Below, piece after piece: positions 12,768 to 26,580 of a DNA stretch of 64,000 nucleotides; within the stretch, counting starts at the first letter, position 1, and each line of letters begins with the position of its first letter. The notes under the pieces were generated by a model. That model was given only the letters and a program-made list of their open reading frames with translations, was not told where the DNA came from and made no database searches. Both the position numbers and the translations under genes were made by a program. The DNA comes from the human T2T-CHM13v2.0 reference genome, Homo sapiens: the NCBI RefSeq assembly GCF_009914755.1, contig NC_060928.1; one strand, 5' to 3'.

Positions 12768-12849
12768 TGTGTGTGTGTGCATGTGAGAGAAAGACACACA
12801 TACACACACACACACACACACAGAGAGAAAGACAGAGAGGGAGAGAGAA
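12768..12849. repeat. Compound (TG)/(CA)/(GA) microsatellite
   Basis: directly visible dinucleotide runs. Confidence 0.9.
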
Positions 12850-13289
12850 ATTGTTTTTATGTTACTCAAAAAGTCCTGGATTAGCGAATGTTGAGAAACT
12901 CTGGCCTGGACAAAGAGATCTGTGAGAGAAGAAATGAATCAGCGAGTTTGTGAGAAATTATACGTAGTTTTTATTCAGATTATAAATGGGTAATCAAACA
13001 TTAGTCAGGGGGCTTCTGGGTCTGGGTGAGCCAGTTTAAGCTGTCTAAAGGCAGTGATTTGCTATCTTATGCCCTCTTTTTATAACAAATATTACATAAC
13101 ACTTTCTTCACTTTACTGAAAAGGTAATACAACCCACCTATAATATAGTTTCAAAACCAAATCCACAAAATTCCCTAACATAACAAAAGGAAAGTAATTT
13201 AAGAGAAAGTAATATCTGTAATATTTTAGTATGGAAATGTTCAGATGTGGCTACACTAGACAGACAATGATAATCCAACTCTTCTATCT

Positions 13290-13625
13290 GAGATGGCTCC
13301 TGGACACCTCTGGGCCTTGGTGGCTGCTGGCTGCAGTGCCTCAGTCTTTCTCTAAGTGGCTTTTCTCTGCATGTGATATTGCACTCTTCAATGGCTTAGC
13401 CCCAGCTTTTTTCCAGGCCAGCTGTCTAAGAGAGTAAAACAGGTGCTCCAAGGCTTTTAAGTTCTAGGCTTGAAGTCACAAAGCATCAGTTCTGCTGCAT
13501 TTTATTGATGAAAGCAAGTCACAGGGCCAGTCCAGAATATTCAAGCGAGGAGGTGGGTGAGAAATAGATTCTGCTTCTTGATAGGGGGAGAGATTGTCAA
13601 AGTCATATTGCAAATGGGCACGTGG
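13290..13625 (-). mobile_element. Old MLT1 (MaLR) LTR fragment
   Basis: gaagtcacaaagcatcagttctgctgcattttattgatgaaagcaagtcacagggccagtccaga. Confidence 0.7.
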
Positions 13626-13699
13626 AATAAGAAATCATTGTTATTTATGTGGAGACAACATATCATAGTGAGAAGAGCCCTGAAAAGTAAAAATAAAAA

Positions 13700-13935
13700 A
13701 ATTGATCTATTAAATCCTTCCTACATGCCTGGAATGGTATTAGGCTCTTACATGTTACTTTAAGTAAACCTTTCAGCAACCTTATGAGGTAGGTATGATT
13801 GTTATCCCTACTTTACAGATAAAAGAACTGAATTTCAAAAAGGTGAAGTAACTAACCATGATCACACAGTCAATAAGGGGCTGAGTTGGGAAGCAAACCC
13901 ATCTCTGACTACCAAACTTGTGGTCTTATCCATGG
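13700..13935 (-). mobile_element. MIR
   Basis: cagcaaccttatgaggtaggt...ctttacagataaaagaactga. Confidence 0.75.
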
Positions 13936-14499
13936 TCCATGTGTTTGTAGCAGCTACCTAGAGCAGAGGGAAATATGTTTTCTGAATAGAAGAAAGGGAC
14001 TGGCTTGAGCATTGGATAGATCCAGGGACTGGACACAGAAGATGTTCAATCCTCTGTTAGTAGAGAGTCATAGTCATCTACTTGATGCTTTTCAGTTTAG
14101 GGGGATAGAGGAATAAGTCCAAGTTTTGGTCTGTGAACTTGTTCCCACCCGGTGGGTCAGTAAAAGAGGCATTGATAATATTTTAAGTCTGTCTATTTTA
14201 ACACCGGTGAGACATTCAGATCTTCACCCTTACAGAAAAAGTGTGGATCTGGAGTGTGAGTCCTTTGAAGAATGGTCATATTATGCAGTTCACAGGAATA
14301 ATTGCCAACTGACCCAGGGAAAGAAAAGAAAATAGCATCAGAATGACAGATGAGGCATATGTGCGCTGGCTCAACTGGGAAGGGAGAGATCCTGCTAGGA
14401 ACAATTCATGGCCTGGTATGATCTTAAGGAGGGAACAAGCTAAAACATTCCTGATCCTTTTGATCATTGTCCATGATCAGGCAAAGTTAATCTACTTAA

Positions 14500-14668
14500 A
14501 TTTTTTTGTTTTTGTTTTTGAGACAGGGACTCTCTCTCTCACCCAGGCTGGAGTGCAGTGGTGCAAACACTGCTCACTGCAGCCTTGACCTCCTGAACTC
14601 AAGTGATCCTTCTGCCTCAGCCTCCTGTGCAGCTGGGACCACAGGTGCATGCCACCATACTTGGCTAA
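14500..14668 (-). mobile_element. Alu right monomer (FRAM or truncated AluJ)
   Basis: tttgagacaggg...gcagccttgacctcctgaactcaagtgatcc...ttggctaa, single arm only. Confidence 0.85.
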
Positions 14669-14939
14669 AGCAAGATTAATATTTATGGAGGTGTGAGACT
14701 CAAGTCATAGTTGATATTTGTTATTTGAATTGACTTAGAAAATATAACAGAATAAACTATCTCAGTCCTGAGTGACCCTCAGCTCTGCATTTCTTGAAGG
14801 TTCTGGTTAAGAGCATGGAGAATCTCCTCAACATCATAGTATGAAAGCTGATTCTGATTTTTTATTCACATTTTTATTGTGGCCCTGATTTGTGAAAGGT
14901 CTTTCCAGAAAACATTAACAGCCTCATAACCCAAAAGTC

Positions 14940-16440
14940 CATTCATCCACTCATCATTCATTCATTCACTCAGCTTATTTTCTGAATGCCTCTAGAGACA
15001 TTGTTGTAGGCACTGATAAGGTAGTATTGAACAAAAAGACATGAAGTGCCTAGTCTCATGGAATACATATTCTAGTGGGGCGAACAAGAGATCACACAAG
15101 GTGTCAGGATGGATAGACACTAAGAAGAAAAACAAAGCCAGGGTAGAAGACAAGAGTGAGAGTGCACAGCTATTTTACACGGATTACTTAGGGGTTCCCA
15201 TTCCATTAAGGTAATTTGGGTATAGACCTGTGTGAAATGGAGGAGGAAGCTAAGAGAGGATATCAAGAGGAAGAGGTTTCTAGTCATGAAGAGCACTCAG
15301 GACAACATTCTAGAGGCAGATAAGTGATGGATGGAACAGGACAGCGTGGAAGCCACTGTGGCAGGAGCAAAGTGAGAGAGGAGGCACAGGTAGGAGATGG
15401 GGTCAGAGACGGAGGGAGCCAGGCTGGGATACCAAAGGCCTTTAGGACTGGGTAAGGGCTTCTAGGTTTATTCTGAGTGACATGGGAATCTGTGGGAGAG
15501 TTTTGACCACAGGAGAGAAATCGTTTGATTTTAAAAGGTCATTCTGGCTGTTTTGTGGGAAACAGAGTGTGAAGGGGCAAGAATGGAAATAGGGGGACTA
15601 GTTGACTCATTCAAAGATTTATTGCATTAATTATTTAGGGAATGAATGTTGGCAGCTTGGCCTAGGGTAGTTGTGAGAAGTGGTTCACTTCTAGATAGTC
15701 TTCAAAATTAAGGACAACAGTTGACAAGTAATGTGTGGGATAGGAGTAAAGAATGACCCTAATGTTTTTAGCCTGAGAAACTGAAAAGATGGAACTGCCA
15801 TTTGCTGATGTAGGAAAGGTGATGGGAAGAGTGGATGGGAAAAAAAATTAAGGAACTGAGTTCTGTAATTGTGGAGTTTGAGATGCCTATGGAACATCTA
15901 GGAGATTTTAAATAGGAAGTTGGATTAGGAGTGTGGGGTTCAGAGATGTCTAGGTTAGTGATGAATGTATGGATATCATAAACATATCAATGATATATAA
16001 AGCCATAGGATTAGATGAGTTGACCCAGGGAGTAAGTTTAAATAAGATAAAGATAAAATAAATAAGAATTGAGATCCAAGGACTGGGTCCTGAGCACTTC
16101 ACCATTCAGAAGTCAGGAAAAAGAGGAGATACCAGTGAAGGAACCTGAGAAGGAGAAGCTAGGAGAATAACCACGTGATGCTTAGAAAGTGAGGGCAAAA
16201 GGCACTTAAGGGGAAGGGAGAGGTCAATCCTGTGAATTGAAGCTGGTGGGTTAAGTCCGGTAAGAACTAAGAATTGATTGAGAATGCCATTGTGAAGGCC
16301 ATGGGTGACCTTGACAGAATCAGTTTTGGTGGAGACATAAGGTTCAAAGCCCTACTGGCCTATGTTTAAGAGAGAACTGAAAGAGAGAAAGTGGAGAAGG
16401 AATAAAGACTATTCTTAGAAACAGTTGTTCTTTAAAAGAA
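14940..16440 (-). mobile_element. L2 (L2a-like), long fragment that continues at ~23754-24720
   Basis: cattcattcattcactcagcttattttctgaatgcc 3' end; gaaaagatggaactgccatttgctgatg; gagtttgagatgcctat. Confidence 0.8.
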
Positions 16441-16445
16441 ATGGG

Positions 16446-16526
16446 GCCGTATGGGAAGTGTAGGTTGCAGTGAGCTGAGATTGTGCCACTGCACTCCTGG
16501 GTGACAGAGAGAGAGAGAGAGAAAAA
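16446..16526 (+). mobile_element. ~80-bp 5'-truncated Alu
   Basis: ggttgcagtgagctgagattgtgccactgcactcc followed by a GA/A tail; TSD aaaagaaatggg (16434-16445, 16527-16538). Confidence 0.85.
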
Positions 16527-16726
16527 AAAAGAAATGGGATCTGTATTAGTCAGTGTTCACGCTGCTGATAAAGACATACCCAAGACTGGGAAGAAAAATA
16601 GGTTTAATGGACTTACAGTTCCACATGGCTGAGGAGGCCTCACGATCTTGGCAGAAGGCAAGGAGGAGCAAGTTACATCTTACATGGATGGCAGCAGGCA
16701 AAGACAGAGAGTTTGTGCAGTGGAAC

Positions 16727-16766
16727 TTTTTGTTTCTTTGTTTCTTTCTTTCTTTGTTTCTTTCTC

Positions 16767-16825
<59 letters not shown>

Positions 16826-16850
16826 TCCTCTTTCTCTCTTTCTTTCTTTA
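16727..16850. repeat. (TTTC)n microsatellite derived from the L1 tail
   Basis: directly visible. Confidence 0.95.
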
Positions 16851-17185
16851 AGTTCTGAGATACATGTGCTGAATGTGCAGGTTTGTTACATAGGTATGTA
16901 TACATGTGCCATGGTGGTTTGCTGCACCTATCAACCTGTCATCTAGGTTTTAAGCTCCCCATGCATTAGGTTTTTGTTCTAATGCTCTCCCTCCCCTTTC
17001 CCCCTAACCCCTGACAGGCCCCGGTGTGTGATGTTCCCCTCCCTCTGTCCATATGTTCTCATTGTTCAGCTCTCACTTATGAATGAGAACATGTGGTGTT
17101 TGGTTTTCTGTTCCTGTGTTAGTTTGCTGAGGATGATGGTTTCCAGCTTCATTTGTGTTCCTGCAAAGGACATGAACTCACATAG

Positions 17186-17531
<346 letters not shown>

Positions 17532-18255
17532 TAGCCAGTCTATCATCAATAGGCATTTGTATTGGTTCCAAGTCTTTGTTATTGTAAATAGTGCTGCAAT
17601 CAACATATGTGTGCATGTGCCTTTATAGTAGAATGATTTATAATCCTTTGGGTATATACCCAGTAATGGGATTGCTGGGTCAAGTGGTATTTCTGGTTCT
17701 AGATCCTTGAGGAATCACCACACTGTCTTCCACAATGGTTGAACAAATTTACACTCCCACTAACAGTATAAAAGTGTTCCTATTTCTCCACATCCTTGCC
17801 AGCATCTGTTGTTTCCAGACATTTTATTGATCACCATTTTAACTGGGGTGAGATAGTATTTCATTGTGGTTTTGATTTGCATTTCTCTAATGACCAGTGA
17901 TGACGAGCTTTGTTTGTTGGCCACATAAATGTCTTCTTTTGAGAAGTGTTGGTTCATATCCTTCACCCACTTTTTGATGGGATCATTTGATTTTTTCTTG
18001 TAAATTTGTTTAAGTTCTTTGTAGATTCTGGATATTAGCCCTTTGTCAGATGGATAGACTGCAAAAATTTTCTCCCATTCTGTAGGTTGCCTGTTCACTC
18101 TGATGATAGTTTCTTTTGCTGAGCAGAAGCTCTTTAGTTTAATTAGATTCCATTTGTGAATTTTGGCATTTGTTGCAATTGCTTTTGGTGTTTTATCATG
18201 AAGTCTTTGCCCATGCCTATTTCCTGAATGGTATTGCCCATGTTTTTTTTTTCTA

Positions 18256-18345
<90 letters not shown>

Positions 18346-21300
18346 TTACTGTTTTCTGCATATGGCTAGTCAGTTTTCCCAGCATCGTTTATTAAATAGG
18401 GAATCCTTTCCCCATTGCTTATGTTTGTCAAGTTTGTCAAAGTTCGGATGGTTGTAGATGTGTGGTGTTATTTCTGAGGCCTCTGTTCTGTTATATTGGT
18501 CTATATATCTGTTTTGATACCAGTACCATGCTGTTTTGGTTACTGTAGCCTTGTAGTATAGTTTGAAGTAGCATGATGCCTCCTGTTTTGTTCTTTTTGC
18601 TTAGGATTTTCTTGGCTATACCGGCTCTTTTTTGGTTCCATATGAAATTTAAAGTAGTTTTTTCCAGTTCTGTGAAGAAAGTCAGTGGTAGCTTGATGAG
18701 AATAGCATTGAGTCTGTAAATTACTTTGGGCAGTATGGACATTTTTATGATATTGATTCTTCCTATCCATGAGCTGGAATGTTTTTCAGTTTGTTAGTGT
18801 CCTTTCTTATTCCCTTGAGCAGTGGTTTATAGTTCTCCTTGAACAGGTCCTTCACATCTCTTGGAAGTTGTATTCCTAGATATTTTATTTTCTTTGTAGC
18901 AATTGCAAATGGGAGTACACTTATGATTTGGGTCTCCACTTGTCTATTATTGGTGTGTAGGAATGTTTGTGATTTTTGCACATTGATTTTTATCCTGAGA
19001 CTTTGTTGAAGTTGTTTATCAGCTTAAGGAGATTTTGGGCTGAGGCAATGGGGTTTTCTAAATATACAATCATGTCTGCAAACAGAGACAATTTAACTTC
19101 CTCTCTTCCTATTTGAATACCCTTCATTTCTTTCTCTTGCCTGATTGCTCTGGCTGGAACTTCCAATACTATGTTGAATAGGAGTGGGCATCCTTGTCTT
19201 GTGCCAGTTTTCAAAGGGAATGCTTCCAGCAGTTGCCCATTCAGTATAATACTGGCTGTGGGTTTGTCATAAATAGCTCTTATTATTTTGAGATATGTTC
19301 CTTCAATACCTAGTTTATTGGGAGTTTTTAGTGTGAAGAGATGTCGAATTTTATCAAAGGCCTTTTCTGCATCTATTGAGATAATCATATGTTTTTTTCA
19401 TTGGTTCTGTTTATGTGATGGATTACATTAATTGATTTGTGTATGTTTAACTAGCCTTGCATCCCAGGGATGAAGCCAACTTGATCGTGGTGGATAAGCT
19501 TTTTGATGTGCTGCTGAATTTGGTTTGCCAGTATTTTATGGAGGCTTTTCACATCAATGTTCATCAGTGATACTGGCCTGAAATTTTCCTTTTTCGTTAT
19601 GTCTTTGTTGGGTTTTAGAATCAGGATGATGCTGGCTTTATAAAATGAGTTAGGGAGGAGTCTCTCTTTTTCTATTGTTTGGAATAGTTTCAGAAGGAAT
19701 GGTATAAGATCCTCTTTGTACCTCTGGTAGAACTCGGCTGTGAATCCATCTGGTCCCAGGCTTTTTTTGGTTGGTAGGCCATTAATTACTGCCTCAATTT
19801 CAGAACTTGTTATTGTTCTATTCAGGGATTCGACTTCTTCCTGGTTTAGTCTTGGAAGGGTGTATGTGTCCAGGAATTTACCCATTTCTGCTAGATTTTC
19901 TAGTTTATTTGCGTAGAAGCATTTATAGTATTTTCTGATGGTAGTTTGTGTTTCTGTGGGTTTAGTGGTGATATCCCCCTATCATCTTATATTGTGTCTA
20001 TTTGATTCTTCTCTCTTTTTTTATTAGTCTGGCTAGCAGCGTATCTATTTTGTTAATCTTTTCAAAAAGCCAGCTCCTGGATTCATTGATTTTTTTGAAG
20101 GGTTTTTAGTGTCTCTATCTCTTTCAGTTCTGCTCTGATCTTAGTTATTTCTTGTTTTCTGCTAGCTTTTGAATTTGTTTGATCTTGTTTCTCTAGTTCT
20201 TTTAATTGTGATGTTAGGCTGTTAATTTTAGATCTTTCCCACTTTCTGATGTAGGCATTTAGTGCTATAAATTTCCCTCTAAACACTGCTTTAGCTGCGT
20301 CCCAGAGATTCTGCTACATTGTCCCTTTGTTCTCATTGGTTTCAAAGAACTTCATTATTTCTGCCTTAATTTTGTTATTTACCCAGTAGTCATTCAGAAG
20401 CAGGTCGTTCAGTTTCCATGTAGTTGTGTGGTTTTGAGTTTTTTAATCCTGAGGTCTAATTTGATTGCACTATTGTCTGAGAGGCTGTTTCTTATTATTT
20501 CCATTCTTTTGCAATTGCTGAGGAGTGTTTTACTTCCAATTATGTGGTCGATTTTAGAATAAGTGCTATGTGGTGCTGAGAAGAATGTATATTCTGTTAA
20601 TTTGGAATGAAGGAATGAAGAGTTCTGTAATATCTATTAGGTCTGCTTGGTCCAGAGCTGGGTTCAAGTCCTGAATATCCTGGTTAATTTTCTGTCTTGT
20701 TGATCTAATATTGACAGTGGGGTGTTAAAGTCTCCCATTATTATTGTGTGGGAGTCTAAGTCTCTTCGTAGATCTCTAAGAACTTGTTTTATGAATCTGG
20801 GTGCTCCTGTATTGGGTGCATATATATTTATGATAGTTAGCTTTTCTTGTTGCATTGATCCCTTTACCATTATGTAACGCCCTTCTTTGTCGTTTTTGAT
20901 CTTTGTTGGTTTAAAATCTGTTTCATCAGAGACTAGGATTACAGCCCCTGCTTTTTTTGCTTTCCTCTTGCTTGGTAAATATTCCTCTATCCCTTTATTT
21001 TGAGTCTATGTGTGTCTTTGCATGTAAGATGGGTCTCCTGAATACAGCACACTGATGGGTCTTGACTCTTTGTCAGTTTGTGTCTTTTAACTGGGGCATT
21101 TAGCCCATTTACACTTAAGGTTTATATTGTTATGTGTGAATTTGATCCTGTCATCATGATGCTAGCTGGTTATTTTCCACGTTAGTTGATGCAGTTTCTT
21201 TATAGTGTCATTGGTCTTCATATTTTGGTGTGTTTTTGCAGTGGCTGGTACTGGTCTTTCCTTTCCATATTTAGTGCTTCCTTCAGGAGTTCTTGTAAGG

Positions 21301-23753
21301 CAGGACTGGTGGTAACAAAATCCCTCAGCATTCGCTTGCCTGTAAAGGATTTTATTTCTTCTTCACTTATGTAACTTAGATTGGCTGGATATGAAATTCT
21401 GGGTTGAAAATTATTTTAATAATGTTGAATATTGGCCCCCATTCTCTTCTGGCTTGTAGGATTTCTGCAGACAGATCCACTGTTAGTCTGATGGGCTTTC
21501 CTTTGTAGGTAACCTGACCTTTCTCTCTGGCTGCCCTTAACATTTTTTCCTTCATTTCAACCTTGGAGAATCTGACCATTCTGTGTCTTGGGGTTTCTCT
21601 TCTTGAGGAGTATCTTAGTGGTGTCCTGAATTTGAATGTTGGCCTGCTTTACTAGGTTGGGGAAGTTCTCCTGGATAATATCCTGAAGTGTGTTTTCCAA
21701 CTTGGTTCCATTCTCCCTGTCACTTTCAGGGACCCCAATCAATCGTAGATTTAGTCTTTTCACATAGTCCCATATTTCTTGGAGGCTTTGTTCATTTCTT
21801 TTCAATCTTTTTTCTCTTATCTTGTCTTCATGCCTCATTTCAGTAAGTTGATCTTGAATCTCTGATATCCTTTCTTTTGCTTGACCAATTTGGCTGTTGA
21901 TACTTGTGCATGCTTCATGAAGTTCTCGTGCTGTGTTTTTGGCTCCATCAGTTCATTTACGTTCGTCTCTAAACTGGTTATTCTAGTTAGCAGTTACTGT
22001 AACCTTTTGTCAATCTTCTCAGCTTCCTTGCATTGGGTTAGAACATGCTCCTTTAGCTCAGAGGAGTTTGTTATTACCCACCTTCTGAAGCCTACTTCTG
22101 TCAATTCCTTAAACTCATTCTCTGTCCAGTTTTGTGCCCTTTCTGGAGAGGAGTTGTGATCATTTGCAGGAGAAGAGGCGTTCTGGTTTTTGGAGTTTTC
22201 AGTCTTTTTATGCTGGTATTCCTTATCTTTGTGGATCTATCTACCTTTGATCTTTGAGGTTGATGATCTTTGGATGGGGTTTCTGTGTGGGGGTTCTTCA
22301 TGTGGATGTTGGTGTTAACTGCTTTCTGCTTGTTAGTTTTTCTTCTAACAGTCAGGCCTGTCTTCTGCGGGTCTGCTGCAGTTTGCTAGAGGTCCACTCC
22401 AGAACCTATTTACCTGGATATCACCTCAGAGGCTTCAGAACAGCAAGGATTGCTGCCTACTCCTTCCTCTGGGAGCTCCTCCCCAGAGAGGCACTAACCT
22501 AATGCCGGCCTGAGCTCTCCTATATGAGGTGTCTGTCAACACCCGTTGGGAGGTCTCTCCTAGTCAGGAAGCATGGGGGTCAGGGACCCACTTGAGGAGC
22601 CAGTCTGTCCCTTAGCAGAGCTCATGCGCTGTGCTGGTAGAACCCTCCTTGTCAGGATTCGCTGCTTTCTTCAGAGCTGGCATGTAGGAATGTTTAAGTC
22701 TGCTGAAGCTATGCTCACAGCCGCCCCTACAACCAGGTGCTCTATCCCAGTGAGATGGGAGATTTATCTATAAGCTTCTGACTGGGGCTGTTGCCTTTCT
22801 TTCAGAGATGCCCTGCCCAGTGAAGAGGAATCTAGAGAGGCAGTCTGGCTACAGCCTCTTTGCTGTACTGTGTAGGGTTCTGCCCAGTTCTTAGCACTGT
22901 GAGAGGAAAACCGCCTACTCGAGGCTCAGTAATGGTGGACGCCCCTCCCCACACCAAGCTCCATTGTTCCAGGTTGACTTCAGACTGCTGTGCTGGCAGC
23001 GAGAATTTCAAGCCAGTGGTTCTTAGCTTGCTGGGTTCTGTGGGAGTAGGGTCCTCTGATCAAGACCACTTGGCTCCCTAGCTTCAGCCCCTTTCCAGAG
23101 GAGTGAATGGCTCTGTCTCACTGGGGTTCTAGGTGCCACTGGAGTACGAAAAAAAAAAAAAAAAAAGACACTCTTGCAACTAGCTCAGTGTCTGCCCAAA
23201 CACTTGGCCAGTTTTGTGCTTGAAACCCAGGGCCCTGGTGGTATAGGTACACGAGGGAATCTCCTGGTCTGCTGATTGCAAAAACCATGGGAAAAGCTAC
23301 TGGGCTGGATAGCACAATCCCTCATGGCTTCCCTTGGCTGGTAAAGGGAGGCTCCCCTGCTCCTTGTACTTCCCGGCTGAGGTGATGCCCCACCCTGCTT
23401 CTGCTCACCCTCTGTGGGCTGCACCCACTGCCTAACCAGTCCTAATGAGATGAACAGGGTACCTCAGTTGGAAATGCAGAAATCACCCACCTTCTGTGTT
23501 GTTCTTGCTGGGAGCTGCAGACTGGAGCTGTTCGTATTTGGCCATCTTGCCGGAACCTAAAATATATATTTTTAAAAATCTTAGAACTCCTCTTTTAAAA
23601 CCATCAGATCTTGTGAGACTTATTCACTATCATGAGAACAGCATGGGAAAGACTTGCCCCCATGATTCAATTACCTCCCACCGGGTCCTCCCACAACACG
23701 TAGGAATTCAAGATGAGATTTGGGTGGGGACACAGCCAAACCATATCAAGACC

Positions 23754-24720
23754 GTAGCTGGAAGGGATTGACGTGGGTTATTATATCCTATTGGTATGCT
23801 GCTGGTGACGATTTGGAAGAGAGGAAACAGTAATGGAGAAGACAGAGGGAGACTTTGCTGCAGCAATTTTCTTGAGTTGGTGAAATGGGATTTAGTGAAA
23901 TAGGATAGGATCTAGCAGACACATGAAGTGGGTGGCTTTAGATAGAGCATATCCTGTCACCATTATACAGAAAAGAATGCAGTACGTGTGGTCCAGATGT
24001 AGATAGTATGGTAGGTGTGGTATGGGAACATGTGAAAATTATCTTCTGATTACTCTGATGTCTCAGTTAAATGAGATGCAAGGCCAGCTAAGAGTCAGGA
24101 GATGGGGACAGATGAGAGAACTTTGAGGAGAGACAAGAAGGTGAGAAATAGACAACCAGGAGAGTGGGAGAGACATTTGACTAAGGCACTGTGGTATGTT
24201 TCCTGGACAGCAGTGAGGACCTTCTGAAGGTTAGTGCTCATGAATTCAAAGCAGAACCAATCCATGTGGTTGTGTGTTTTCCTAAACCATGTTTGCAGGC
24301 ACAGAATGGGTGGCAAATTGGCCTTGAACATGGTTTAGGTCTCCCTCCCTTCCCGGGCAAGAAAAGGGAGAGATGCTGAGAGTATGTAGAGTATTGATGG
24401 ACTACAAATTTCAAGTTGAGTAGGAAGAAGAGGTGAGGAAGGACAGTGCAAAAAAAATCAGTTTTAATCTATGTGGGAGGAACTGTTGCAATGTGGACAC
24501 AGCAGGAGAAGCTGTATATGGAGCTGGTAGTAAGTATGGTATTCTTAATAATTTAGAGGAATAGTAGTAGAGTGTGGTAGTCTGGGAAATACCAATAAAG
24601 TGGGTGGCTGAAGTGGGATGGAGGACACAATTTCTATAGGGGAGGAAGTCAAAGATTCAAGCAGTCTGGGTCTTGGATAGATCATCTATATGGATATTGA
24701 AATCATCAATTTAAACTATC
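23754..24720 (-). mobile_element. L2 continuation
   Basis: gaaatggg|gtagctggaagggatt joins across the THE1 insertion; degenerate L2 body. Confidence 0.55.
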
Positions 24721-25765
24721 TGTATTGCCACTTACTAGGATACTTACAGGAATACTGTAGATTCCCAGGGAATATTTGTTCAATGAAGAGTTGCTCCACA
24801 ATAAAAATCAAATTGCAATCTGAAACTACTTTCTTATGTGCACAGGTAAGGCAGAAGTAGATTAATCTTATTCTGAAGTGAGCAAAAGTGAGGGTAGTAA
24901 TCTCTAAAAATAGAGTAGCAAATTAGTTCTTTGGGGGAATTTCTTGGTAAATTCTCTCTCCCTGTATCCTGAGAGCATTTAGCTTTCCAGAGCCCTAACA
25001 GAATAAATTCACATCACATCTACAAGCATTTTTCTCTTTAAAAATATTTCTGTTTCCTTTATAATTGGATGTTTGGAAAGAAGATGAAAATAAGCAGAAG
25101 GTATTATGTGCAGAGAAGATGAATGGGAAAAGAGTCAGTTGAATTTGGATTTTCTTCATTATCATGGTCCCTAGAGTTTAACATAGTGTGTTTTTTTTCA
25201 ATTAAAAGTGAGATGTTTAGAGCTGATACTCTCATAAGAAATATTGAGTACTTTGAGAACGTATTGCTATATTTATACTGATAAATGGATTGTGTTTCCA
25301 ATCTTTGGTGAGTGGGTTGTGTAGGTTGTAGAATGTATTTTTGCATACAAACAATGTTCAATATGGAAGCTAGGTTCCTAGACAAGCTACTTAATCATAA
25401 TGTACCCAAGATAAAGAGTATTATTTCATCTTAATAAATAGGACTGTATGCTTATTATAATACTATGTTAATATAATTGGAAAGAGAGAAGTGTCTCCTT
25501 TTCCTTGGAGCTATTTTGACTCAAAAATTAGACAATTCCAGCAGTGTTTCTCCCCTCTTAAAGAAGGGTCCATGTCAAAGAATTGAAAGTGATTCTTGTA
25601 TACAGCCTAATCACTTAGTTCCCTCTGGAAATAGAATGTGGGAGAAAATAAAGGATAGTTGTTCCAGAAGCCCATTTTGGCTGTGGGTCCAAAAAGCATC
25701 TATGATCCAGCTTTATCAGTAAAAAAAAGCAGGCACTGGATTTTACCCTCTGTCTTGTTGCTTGG

Positions 25766-25854
25766 TCTAGTTCCGAAATGAATCCAAATCTTTAGAGGAG
25801 GATATTTACTCCACATATTCTCCTCTAAAGATTTGGATTCATTTGGGAACTAGA
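25766..25854. repeat. Near-perfect inverted repeat with 40-bp arms and a 9-nt loop
   Basis: 25766-25805 is the reverse complement of 25815-25854 at 38/40 positions. Confidence 0.95.
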
Positions 25855-26189
25855 ATCTTGTGTTAAAGTATCAGCTATCAGTTGGTATTTTGACAGAGTC
25901 AAACCCCCAAAATATATAGCACTAGACCAAGATGCAGTCTGGTGGCACACTTCATGGATGCAAGTGAAGACAGGTTTTTCCACCCAAATCCTCCAACTTC
26001 CCTACTGTCTAAGAGTTTCTCCCTGATGTTGACATTGTTCTCTCCCTCTGCTTCTCTTCCACATCCTTTTTCCTGCCACGAATGTCACGTTCTTGAAGGG
26101 GGTATATGTTGTAACTTAAAGACCCCTGGAGAAAACTTCCTATGTGTCACCATTCTGCCTGTCTCCTATACACCTGTTTGTTCTTTGAT

Positions 26190-26580
26190 GGGTGGCAGCA
26201 TGGTTTGCAAGAAAGCTATAACTCTGGGCTTATAGCTTTTAAACTTGGGTTTAAACTTGGGTTGACCACCTACAGGTTCTGGAGACTTGATAAACTTAAT
26301 TAGCTACTGGAGACTCAGTTTCTTCATAAGTAAAATAAAAGATGCTGATTAATACCTGACTTGAGGAATTTCTGTATGAATAATAATGTGCTCATATGTG
26401 TATCTAATATGGTGTGTGGCATAATTATGTATATTATTATTAACTCCCTTTTGCTAACTACAGAGAGTGGGAATTATTTACATTTTATAATATGAAATAG
26501 CTGAGGCTCTGAGAGGTTAAGCAAAGCACAGATCTGTAATTCCTATCCAGACTGATCTTACTCCCATTACATTACACTCT
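26190..26580. mobile_element. MIR fragments
   Basis: gactcagtttcttcataagtaaaat (+) and gctgaggctctgagaggttaag (-). Confidence 0.65.

Noticed and set aside
16546-16946. Low-complexity KKER/FFLS ORFs
   Set aside because: Translation of the (TTTC)n microsatellite
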